Of a DNA stretch of 64,000 bases, positions 52,518 to 63,339 are shown piece after piece (the stretch's first letter is position 1; every line of letters begins with the position of its first letter). The stretch lies in NCBI RefSeq assembly GCF_018977255.1, contig NW_024704742.1, forward strand, positions 85,624,001 through 85,688,000, read 5' to 3'. Below the pieces are notes generated by a model that was not told where the DNA came from, made no database searches, and saw nothing but the letters and a program-made list of their open reading frames with translations. This stretch comes from Callorhinchus milii (Eukaryota). Position numbers and translations under genes: made by a program.

Positions 52518-53760
52518 TTAATAATCCTTATATTTGATATAGCACCTTATCACGTTGATGAGAAGTCTCAAAGCGCTTCACAGAATATATTGTAAAGTGA
52601 ATTGACTTTTCTGGGCGAAATGCGGCAGCCAATTGTGCACAGCAGTGTGCCACAAACGGTTGTGAATTGGCTAACCAAATCATTATATTTTTTTGGAGGG
52701 ATTATTACCTCTAGAAAGTGATCCGCTACCCTCTTCCTGTGGCGTAGTGTCTTGGAGCACTTAACAGAGGCAGGGGAGAGAGGGGAGATGATCATAAGCA
52801 CACTCAAAGAGGAAGGTGTTCAAGTGTGATCTGAACACAGGCAAGAAGGGGCAAAACAAAGGGATACAGAGCCTTTCATTTTGGGAGGGGATTGTCTCAA
52901 AGTGTTTCACAGGATACACTATATAGTGTAATAACTGTATATTTTGTGGGCAAGAAATATAACTTCAAAATTAGAACCAATTTAATACCTACTGATGTTT
53001 TCTCTCTCTCACCTGTTAAGCTTACGTGTGTTGCTGCCTTAGAAAATAAATCCAGAAAATATTTCTTCACACAAAGCTTGAGAATATAGAATACACAACT
53101 CTGAAATGCCAAGCTTCAGAATTGACTGAGGTGCTTAAAAGAGAGATAAACGGGGACATTGTTTGGAAAGTGAAGGTATTAAAGGGATATAGAGGAATAG
53201 GGAGGAAGTGGATTAAAAACATAAAGAGCCATGGTCAGGCAACATGAATAGTCTGCTCCTGTTCAGATGGCACTGATGAACCTAATGATGTTTTCTCTCT
53301 CTCTCTCTCAGGTGTTAAGCTCACCTGTGTAAGTTTTTATAACACTATCCTAGAGAACTGAACTTGCTCCAAGGTGACATGTCTGACAATGGAATGTCGT
53401 AATCGAGAAAGGCCTTCAGCCTTTCTGCCCTCACTCTCTGAAACTCCATCCCAGAGCCCCTCACCCTTTCCCTCACCTACTTCAAGGTCCATCTCGAGAA
53501 CTTGCTGTTTGACCGTGCCATTTGTCATCCTCTCTCCATCCTCCTTGACCTCCACTCCTTTTGAATTCAACCCCTAGCTCGGGTGCAAAGTCTAGACTGT
53601 CCAGCATCTTGGGGATCTTCCTGATGTGAAAGGCGCTGTGTAAAAGCAATTTGTTGTTGTTGTGGTTGGCTTGGATACTCTTAAGCACAGTGATGGGTGT
53701 CCGCATGTGTCCGACACTGGGCTGACCTAAAAATAGTTTTAATGTCATTCTAGTGTATGC

Positions 53761-54091
53761 ATAATAATAATAATAATATTCCTTGCATTTGATATAGCAC
53801 TTTTCACGTCTTCTAAATGTCCCAAAGCGCTTCACAGAATATACTGTAAAGTGAATTGACTGTATATTTGTGGGCGAACGCAGCAGCCAATTGCGCACAA
53901 CAATGTCCCACCACAAACAGTCGTAGATTGAAAATGACCAATTTATTATTGTTTTGTTTTTTTGGAGGGATTAGTATCAGGCGTGTGGCGTAAGGAAACT
54001 TGCCCAAGGTTTCGCCCTGACTTGCCTGGAATTGAACTCAGGTCTCTCGCTTACAAAGTGAGTGCTCTAACCACTGAGCTACAGGACTCCA
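53761..54091 (-). mobile_element. tRNA-derived SINE, full length
   Basis: Family match; tail intermediate between the two tail types. Confidence 0.93.
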
Positions 54092-54258
54092 CGTCCTTCA
54101 TTTGCATAACAAATCAGTGTTACAGTGAATGATTTGTGTGCAGATTAATAGCTTTATTTGTGTGTGGATTTTAATGAGGTTGATTCGCGTTTGCATAGGA
54201 TGTTAGCACAGCAGATGTTTTTGCATGTGTGTGTCTGTGTGTGTAGTGTGTGTGTGTA

Positions 54259-55172
54259 CAGGGTGTTCACAAAGTCCTGTTACCCCCCTGTATTTTTTCT
54301 TACAATTAATTTTTATTTTTTATTTATCTGCCATGAAAATGGTGGGGGCTCACATACACTGATCCTCTGGAAGTCTAAATACTTGTACTGAATACAATTA
54401 GTACTTCTAAATACAAAAACAACAAATTACATTTGTAGAGCACCTTTCATGTCGGGAGGACGTCTCAAGGCGCTGGACAGTTAGGGATTTGGACCCGAGC
54501 AGGGGGTTGGGATCAGGAGGGGTGGAGGGCCGGGAAGGTAGGGATAGGAGGGTGGCCGAATGCATGGTCGAAGAGGAGGGTCTTGAGATGTGCCTTGAAG
54601 GAGGCAAAGGAGGCAGCGAGGAGAAGGGACTGTGGGATGGATTTCCAAAGGGTGGGGACAGAAAGGCTAAAGGCATGACCGCCAAAGGTGGGGCAGGCTG
54701 CGCAGGGGTCATGCAACAGGCTGAACGGGGTGTGCGGAGAAGTTGATATGGGTTAAGCAAGTCACAGAGGTAGACAAGAGACAACAACTTGTATTTATAT
54801 AGCGCTCTTCACACAGGGTAGCGTCCCAGAGCGTTTGACAGTGGCGGAGTCTGACCGTGAGCGGAGGGGTGGTGGGGGGGGGGGGGGGGGGCGCGGGGGA
54901 GAGGGATTGGGGAGGTGACCCTACACATAATCCAAAAGGAAGCTGTTTAGGCTGGATTCGAAAGTGGGGAGGGAGGGAGGGAGGGAGGGAAGGAGGGGGC
55001 GAGGCGGAGGGATTGAGGGAGAAAGTAATTGCACCAATGTACAAACACACAGTGAAATACAATCATCATTATTCTTCCAGACGTTTCAGTTGTTGCAGTG
55101 CACTGTGTGTAAAACAAAACACCACGACCATGGTGGGGGGGGGGGGGGTAACAGGACTTTGTGAACACCCTG
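54259..55172. mobile_element. Tc1/mariner-type non-autonomous DNA transposon (MITE)
   Basis: Perfect 30-bp TIRs CAGGGTGTTCACAAAGTCCTGTTACCCCCC at 54259-54288 and its reverse complement at 55143-55172; TA on the left flank, TG on the right. Confidence 0.8.
54415..55020 (-). mobile_element. Two tandem L2 3' fragments nested inside a DNA-transposon MITE
   Basis: Tails at ~54415 (lineage 1) and ~54782 (lineage 2). Confidence 0.82.
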
Positions 55173-55179
55173 TGCAGTG

Positions 55180-55730
55180 AAGCCCGTGGCGCTGACACAG
55201 CGGTGCTGCAGGGACACTGGGTTGAGTTGAGTGTTGCAGACTCCGCCTAATCCCTGTCTGTGGGGGAGGAGGAGGTTTCCTCGATTTTTTTTTCCTCTTC
55301 TCACAAAAGATCCGCCCCGAGAGCCCAGATCTGTGAGAGTGTGTGTGTGAGTGAGAGTGTGTCCTGCAGCACCTCCTCCAAACCCCCCGTCCCTTGAATT
55401 TCCTTGCGATCCCTTGGTTTCCAGCCGCTCCCTCCCTCCCTCCCTCCCAGAGCTGCTAAAGCATGTTTTATGAATGAACCTTTCAGCTCAGAGGAGATCT
55501 GCAAAACCCGAGAGGCAGAGACTCGCGTTGGGCTGCAATCAGAGAGAGAGAGAGAGAGAGAGACTGCTTCCGAATACTAAGATTTATCTCTTTTTATATA
55601 TATATATATATATATATTCGGTCACACTGGATGCAAACATCAACAGGAAGGTGCAGATCGCCTGGTGTTGCTGACAGACTCTGGGTCCCCTCTTTTGGAC
55701 CTCACCTGCAGGAGGGAGCGAGTGGCAAAG
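55180..55730 (+). promoter_or_regulatory. Possible promoter and first (probably non-coding) exon of the next gene
   Basis: Non-repeat, locally CpG-retaining stretch with GC boxes (tccgcc, tccgcccc), (TG)/(AG)/(TA) microsatellites, and a good donor AAG|gtgagg at 55730/55731. Confidence 0.35.
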
Positions 55731-56244
55731 GTGAGGGCACAAGGGCTGAGCTTTTGGCGATCGGATAATAATAATAATAATAATCCTTGCATTTGATATA
55801 GCGCTTTTCACGTCGGGAGGACGTCCCAAAGCGCTTCACAGAACACACTGTAAAGTGAAGTGATGCGATCAATAAGGATCGGTCGATGGCCAAATGTCTC
55901 GCTGGGCCCCCGTCTGGGTTTTGTCTGTAGTGATCTCAGTTGGATTGTGTGTTCTACTTTGGAGAGGAAAAGAAAAAAGATCTCTGTTTAATGTGGAGCA
56001 GCAGCAGCACTGCTGGAGGTCGGGGGTGTGTGTGTGTCAGTCAGTCAGTCAGTCAGTCACAGTCAGTCAGTCAGGACCGCGATAGGAACAGATGGGGAAT
56101 TGAATGGTGGTTTGTTTTCCTCTCTCCTCCACATCGGTTCAGCTCGTGGTTTCCCTGTGCAATGTGCAATGTGTGGGGGGGATCTGGACCAGAAGATAAC
56201 GATGTGTGTGTGTGTGTGTGTGGAGGGGAGATGGCGTTACAACC

Positions 56245-56275
<31 letters not shown>

Positions 56276-56282
56276 ACACACA
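55541..56282. repeat. Microsatellite cluster: (AG)n, (TA)n, (CAGT)n, (TG)n, polyC, (CA)n
   Basis: Direct reading. Confidence 0.9.
55767..55858 (-). mobile_element. SINE tail-only copy
   Basis: Essentially identical to the 3' ~90 nt of 2321-2637. Confidence 0.9.
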
Positions 56283-57016
56283 CCTGCTGGTTACGAGGGA
56301 TCGCTTCATTCCCCACTGCTTTGCTGCACAGAATGAGCCACACAAGGCAGGGAATGTGCCCTCCACTAAACCCTCTCTTGCAAGAGCTCCTTGTGGCTCT
56401 GGTCCTCCACCCCATGAATACTATATATTGCAATATATTGATATCGTATAATCACCATCAATACTCCAGATGCAATGCCAGTAAATCGTCCCTACTTTGC
56501 ACCATGTATTAGATCGATCCACCTGCTTGTGTGTGGCTGAATAGTATGTGTGTGTGTGTGTGTGTGAGATGTTAGTGTGTGTGCCTTTACAGAGCTTATT
56601 TTATTATACATTTTCTAAACAGGATCCTGCCCACATCTGTCTTGCGACACCTGCATTTTCATCTCGTTCCTACCTTTCCTCCCCCCCCCCCCCACAGCCA
56701 TCCCCATCCGCATTCCCCTTACTCTCGTTTACTGTAAGAAGGTTTTTTTTGTCTTAATACTCAGGAATCCCTGTTGCAACACTCCGGAAGAGATGCAAAG
56801 TGAACGTGAATGTTGAGTGCTGGCAGGCAGGGCTTGGGAGAGAGATTTGCTCTCATTCCTGGCGTCGTTTTGCTGTTACCTCATAGGTGATGAAAGCCAA
56901 CAATGTTCACCCAGTCTCCGGAGCTCTACCTGACTCCCAAGAAGCCACCCAGATCTCTTGCTCTGAACCCCCAATTATTTGCCCCCCTCCGCCCCCCCAC
57001 CCCCAGACTGTACTCT

Positions 57017-57396
57017 AATATTACTACTAATAATAATCCTCGCATTTGATATCGAGCCTTATCGCCTCTACGAAACCTCTCGAAGCGCTTCACAGAATAT
57101 GCTGTAAAGTGATTCGACTGTGTATGTTGTGGGCGAAACCCGACAGCCAATTGCGCCACAATTGAGCCACAAGCAGTCATGGATTGAGTGATCAAATCCA
57201 TATTATTTTTGAAGGGATTTTTACTCCCGGAAAAGCGATCCGCCAACCTCCTAGCAATCAGGCACCTACTTACTGCTAGGTAAACAGAGGCGCACGGAGT
57301 AAGGAAATTCGCCTACGGTTCACTCTGCCCGGGAATTGAATCTGAGTCCTTTCACTTGGAGGCGAGAGCGCTAACCACTATGCTAAGGGAGTCCAT
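57017..57396 (-). mobile_element. tRNA-derived SINE, long variant, diverged
   Basis: Family match across the full length. Confidence 0.87.
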
Positions 57397-57726
57397 TGTG
57401 AACTGTATAGAGAAGACTCCTTTACAAAGCCCCCTGTCTCGCTCTGTGGATTGGGTGAGTCCTGGACTTGGTCACTAGGTGGAACAGTTCATCTCGGTTG
57501 AGGGGACAGCCTGCTTGTGTCCCAGGCAGGTTTTTTCTGGGTGTTTTGCTTCACCAGGCGGGGACACAGAGCCACCTCACTGTTAGTGATCCCACGGCCC
57601 CTTTTATATACTGTACTATACTGCGGCACTGCCCATGTAAACAGAGACTCCAAATGATGTGTTGATTAAGCCTATATCCTGCCTGGAAAGGAGAAGGAAA
57701 CGACATCAGGAGCAAGGCAGTGTTTT

Positions 57727-58220
57727 TTTGGCAAGATATTCCTTGACATAGATTACAGAGGCAGGGTCACGTAGGTAAATTGCCTTCCTTCTCTCACATA
57801 ACACAATGGCACATGGTTACGTCACTCATGTTTGTTTAAATTAACAATTCTTTTAAAAGAAGTGCACTGTGCAAGTTTGCATTGTAGCAGTTACACCCAT
57901 GGCCTGCAACTAGGCAGCAGCGTTTGTGAGTAGACTGTTTTATTATTAATTATAATACAGTAAACCTCAAATAAGTTGTATCAGTTGGGATCATACATAT
58001 AATATGACTCATGCAACAACAACAACAACAACAAGATTCCATTTATAAAGCGCCTTTCACGTCAGGAGGACGTCCCAAAGTATGAGTATGTATGTATGCA
58101 ATGTCCCCAAAACAAACATGAGTGACGTAACCATGTGCCATTGTGTTATGTGAGAGAAGGAAGGCAATTTACCTACGTGACCCTGCCTCTGTAATCTATG
58201 TCAAGGAATATCTTGCCAAA
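57727..58220. repeat. Perfect 111-bp inverted repeat (57727-57837 and 58110-58220), 272-bp spacer
   Basis: Read base by base: tttggcaagatattccttgac...gtcactcatgtttgttt versus aaacaaacatgagtgac...gtcaaggaatatcttgccaaa. Confidence 0.95.
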
Positions 58221-58343
58221 CTCATGCAAAGTATGAGTTATGTTAAACTTGCATAGAATATAAACTCTTGAAAGGACTTGGGCAGATATACAACTTAGGC
58301 GATTATACAATTTATACAGATCAGATTTAAACAAGTTTTACTA
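57958..58343. mobile_element. Old pogo/Tigger-like MITE interrupted by an L2-derived insertion
   Basis: TA|CAGTAAACCTC ... AAGTTTTACTA|TA: degenerate TIRs with TA flanks. Confidence 0.55.
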
Positions 58344-60019
58344 TACTATTAATTGGTAGTGAATGCAGCAGCCAATTTACACACAGCAATGTCCCACAAA
58401 TAGCCATCGAGTGAATCATAAATTTTATTTGTTCGCTAAGAACTGAGCTGGTCTGAAAACATCAGAATGAGACACTGATGATCAAAATATCTACTTTTAG
58501 CTTACTTTGCTTCACCACAGCTAACAAGTTAGGCTATGATGATAGCCTTGATTTCCTACAAATACAGTGTGTTAGACTTTACAGTAAAATTCTCTGAAGC
58601 TTTGAGACTTCTCAACAATGTGATAGGGTACAATATCAGTTTAGCTAAGTGGTAGCTCTCTCGGTAGTGGTAGCAGTGCTGGGTGTGTTGCATTGTCAGA
58701 GGTGCCATCCTTTGGTTGAGACGTTAAGCCAAGATCCCATCTGCCCTGTTCACATGGATGCAAAAGATCCCATGGCACCATATCATAAGAGAAGAGAGAT
58801 TCTCTCAGTGTCCTGGCCAACAATCTCCCAAATAAAATTGGTCACTCCCTCCGTGGCTGTTTGGGGGACATTGCTATGTGCAACTGGCTGCCGCGTTTCA
58901 TCCACAAAAGACACAGTCAATCCACTTTACAGTATATCCTGTGAAGCGCTTTGAGATGATAAGGCGCTATATCAAATGCAAGTATTATTATTATTATTAT
59001 GAAGGGTGATTATAATATAATATGGAAGTTCACTGTTGCAAATATAATAATAATCCCTGAATTTGATATAGTGCCTCATCTTGTTATTGAACCATCTCAA
59101 CACGTTTTACTATAACATAGTGACTGTGTGTCCATAGGCTAACGTGGCAGACAATTTGCACCTAGCAATGACCCATAAACAGCCATGAAATGATAATCAA
59201 TTTTATTTGTGGGATTGTTGGCCAGGAGAAACTTCCTTCCTTTGTTGAAATTGTGCTGCAGGATCTTTAACATTGACCTAAATAGGCAGATGGGACTTCG
59301 GTTTAACATCTCATCTGAAGGTTGGCAAAACTGCATTAGAGTGTTAGCCTACAATGAGCTCAAAGTTGCAATGTGGGGTTTGAACCCACACCGTTCTGAC
59401 TCAGGGATGAGAGTGTTATCAACTGAGCCAGACTGACATGTGTGTGGAGAGTGAATTCTGAGCTTCAGAACATTTGGCCGAAACATTGTTGGTTACAGGT
59501 CCCAGAAGAGCTGGGAACAATCTGATTAAGAGTCTCACAGGAGAAGCATAATGGGACAATACCTCAGGATATTTATTTAGCTTGTATTAAATGGTAGTTA
59601 CTAGCACAGAAAACAAGCCTAAAAACAAGCACAACGTAAGCTTTGCTCTCTCAACGCTGTGAAAGTGTGATGGGACTTCTGATCTGTGATTGGAAGCAGA
59701 AGCTATAAGCTATGCTATGAAACTTTTTTTACATCATATAATTTATCACCTACTAATGGTATTTGGCCATTACAGGATTAATAAAGCTCAAGGACATTTC
59801 TTTACTTAGGCATGTGTCCAAGTTCATCATAATGAGGAATGCTCTTCACTGACATTCCTCACCATCATGTGGAGTCGTCTTGAACAGCTAGGATACCCAG
59901 TATCAGCATCAGGCTTACACATAGCCCTGTCTGGTACTTGCAAAGTAAAACACTACAGTAATACTCCATTATCTACAGAAGTGTCAGCCCAACTCATAAC
60001 TTTACTCCCTGTTGTGCCT

Positions 60020-60365
60020 GTACAACAAGAACAACTTGCATTTATATAGTGTCTTTCATGCAGGATAGTGTCCCAGAACACTTGACAGTGGCAGAGCATG
60101 ACGCCAAGCCTGGTCGGAAGAGCAAGATCTTCAGGCATAATCTGAAGATGGGGAAGGAAGTGACAACAACAACAAGAAGATTACATTTGTATAGGCGGGA
60201 AGAGGGCTATTCCTGAGTTTCGGGGCATGGTGGCTGAAAGTGCAGCCACTGATGGTGGAACAGAGGGCATGAGGGACATGAGAAGGCTGGAGCCAGTCGA
60301 GCGGAGGCAGTGGGTAGTGGGTTGGGGGTAAGCAGGTTGGAGAGGTAGGGAGGTGCCAGGGCATG
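60020..60365 (-). mobile_element. L2 3' fragment(s), second lineage
   Basis: Tail aacttgcatttatatagtgtctttcatgcaggatagtgtcccaga, with a short lineage-1 tail inserted at ~60163. Confidence 0.75.
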
Positions 60366-60447
60366 AAATTTTATAGCTATCTCACCTCATAGGCACATTA
60401 TGAAATCAAGTAGCGTAGTAGTACAATCAAGAGGACTCGGGTTTGAT

Positions 60448-60885
60448 TCATAGAATCATACAGCACCGAGGGAGGCCATTTGGCCCATCGTATCTGTGCT
60501 GGTTCTTTGAAGAGAGCTATTCAATTCAATCCCATTCCCCTGCTCTCTTCCCATAGCCCTGCAAACTTGTCCTCCCTAAATAATTATCTAATTCTCTTAA
60601 AAGTTGTTATTGAATTGGCTTTCAGCACCCTTTTTGGCAATGCATTCCAGATCAAATCGCGACAGCCGATTGCTGTGTGAAAAAATTCTCCTCACCTCCA
60701 CTCTTTCTTTTAATAACTATTTGAAATATGTGTCCTCGGGTTACTGACCCACCCGCCAGTGGAAATAGTTTCTCCTTGTTCACCCTATTGAATCCCCTCA
60801 TAATTTTGAAAACTTCTATTAAGTCTCCTCTTAACCTTCTCTGCTCCAAGGGCTTAACCTTCTCTGCTCCAAGGAGAATAATCCT
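60448..60885 (-). mobile_element. CR1 3' fragment
   Basis: LEQRRLRGDLIEVFKIMRGF...TRGH; catagaatcatac tail. Confidence 0.88.
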
Positions 60886-61302
60886 AGATTCCCAGACAGG
60901 GTGAGATTTTGGGCAAGTTTCCTTACTCCACACACTTCTGTTCAAGCAGTAAGTAGGAACCCGGTTGTTAGTCTATTGGTGGATTGCTGTCCCGGTGTAA
61001 TGATCCCTTCAAAAAAATGGTCACTCAATGCACGTATGTAGAACACTGCTGTGTGCAATTGGCTGTCACTTTTCACTCACAAAATATACGCTATATCAAA
61101 TGTAAGGATTAGTGCAAAATACAGTCAATTCACTTTACAAAATCCTGTGAAGTGCTTTAAGACATCTCAACAATGTGATAAGGCACTATATGAAATGTAG
61201 GGATTATTATTACTATTGTGTATTTATTGAGATAAAATGGACACATGCTCACATATGTACAGCATCCAAATGTGTTGATGTATGTATAGTGATCCTGAGC
61301 CT

Positions 61303-61629
61303 GTGGAGTCCTGTAGCTCAGTGGTTAGAGCACTCGCTTTGTAAGCGAGAGACCCGAGTTCAATTCCAGGCAGGGCGAAACCTTGGGCAAGTTTCCTTAC
61401 TCCACACGCCTAATAATAATCCCTCCAAAAAACAAAAACAATAATAAAAATTGGTCATTTTCAATCCATGACTGTTTGTGGGACATTGCTGTGCGCAATT
61501 GGCTGCCGCGTTCGCCCACAAATATACAGTCAATTCACTTTACAGTATATTCTGTGAAGCGCTTTGGAACATCCTCCCGACGTGAAAAGCGCGATATCAA
61601 ATGCAAGGTTTATTATTATCATTATTATT
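61303..61629 (+). mobile_element. tRNA-derived SINE, full length
   Basis: Intact A/B boxes and L2-like tail. A diverged long-variant copy precedes it at ~60900-61215. Confidence 0.94.
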
Positions 61630-62257
61630 TAGTCTCCTTTCCCTGGAGATCAGCAGTAGGGTTCCTAACCCAGATCAACTAAATCAGCACAGAGCCAGGG
61701 AGCGGGGTAGGAACATTTCTAGTGTGTCTGGCTCAGTCAGCTACTGGCCAGCCACACACTGAGTCAATCATCCGCGAAGCACTTTTCATGACTTTAATCA
61801 GTCTTGTGAATCTCTAGAGGAGCCAACTCCTTCAGGCGACAAAAAAATCTATTTAGAATAAGCTGTGTTATTAAGAGGAATCCTTAAGGAAGTAAAGTGA
61901 GTTTGTCTATTCATTGCAATATCATACATTGTGCACGTCTTGTAACACAATGGTCCAGGAATGCAGCTTTATGAGGTGTGAAGAGAGGGTTTGTAGGAAT
62001 ATTCTGCTGTGTGTGGAGATCTGAGAAGGTGATGCTAATGAACACTTGGGTTTACAATACACAACACAACCTTGGCAGATCACTTGTTAAAAGCACTTGA
62101 ATAGTTTCTTTGGGTGGAAGTCTTAGTGGCGAGAGATTAAAGTGAAGCACACGGAGCATTTTAGCAAACAGATAGTGTGCAGCAAGCAAGCTTTACTTGT
62201 AAAGAAGACATTGTTATAGCCAGTCTGATTAATGTTTGGAAGATAATGTATCTGGCT

Positions 62258-62920
62258 CCCCGCACCTTCGTAACATCGCCCGACTCCGCCAGTACCTCAC
62301 CCCTCAGGCAGCTGAAACTCTTGTTCATGCCTTCATCACCTCCAGGCTCAACTATGCAAATGCCCTGCTTGTCGGCCTTCCCAACTTCTCCCTCCACAGG
62401 CTGCAGATAATCCAGAACTCTGCAGCCCATGTCCTCTCCCGCACCAAACTCTGTGACCCCATCTCCCCCACTCTCGCCCGACTCCATTGGCTCCCTATCC
62501 TTCAGAGGATCTAGTTCAAGATCCCGGTCCTCACCTACAAAGCCCTCCATGGCCTCGCCCCACCCTACCTCTGTGACCTCGTAACACCCAACCAACCCGC
62601 CCGCTCCCTCCGCTCAGCCGGCTCCGGGCTGTTCTACGTCCCCCAACCCACCCACCTCACCATTGGCGGGAGAGCCTTCAGCCAATCTGCACCCAACCTC
62701 TGGAATCTCATCCCCCAGTCACTCTGCCTCGCCCCCCCTCCTTAGCCTCCTTCAAGTCCCGCCTCAAGACCCTCCTCTTTGACCATGCTATCGGGCACCC
62801 CCCTTCCCCTCCCCTCCCTTACCCCCCCAATCCCAACTCGGGTCTGAAATGCTATACTCTGTCCAGCGCCTTGGGACATCCTCCCAACGTGAAAGGCGCT
62901 ATACAAATGTAATCTTGTTT
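62258..62920 (+). mobile_element. L2 3' fragment
   Basis: ORF 62236..62514 [33 protein letters not shown]; tail at 62870-62920. Confidence 0.92.
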
Positions 62921-63339
62921 TTTCTGATTCACCAGTTGCCTCCTCACAATGTGCTGTTGAGCAAGCTCTCCCCTCCCTGACTTCATTAACCAGCAGCGTG
63001 AGGATGTCAATTACATTGTGTGCATTTGTGGGGTCGTGACCAATTTCTCTTAATGCTATTTTCTGCCTGTTCCCCCCCCCCCACCCCCTCTCTCTCTCTC
63101 TCTCTCCATCTGTTGAACGCCTCTTTAAAAAGCGATGGTGCAATCCAGGTTTTTAAAAGATATATTAAAAAAGTATTTCACGGGATCAATGTGATTGGTG
63201 TGAAGTTTGAAAAGTAGCAGTGTTGAAATGAGCCCATTTTGTTGCATAACATGTGGGTTTGGTTGCAACAAGGCGTTTCATGAGTGCAATGCTGGGTGTG
63301 TGTATACATATGCATCTGTGTGTGTAATATGTACGTATA

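Noticed and set aside
60831..60874. 22-bp tandem duplication inside CR1
   Set aside because: Ordinary slippage-type duplication in a dead element.
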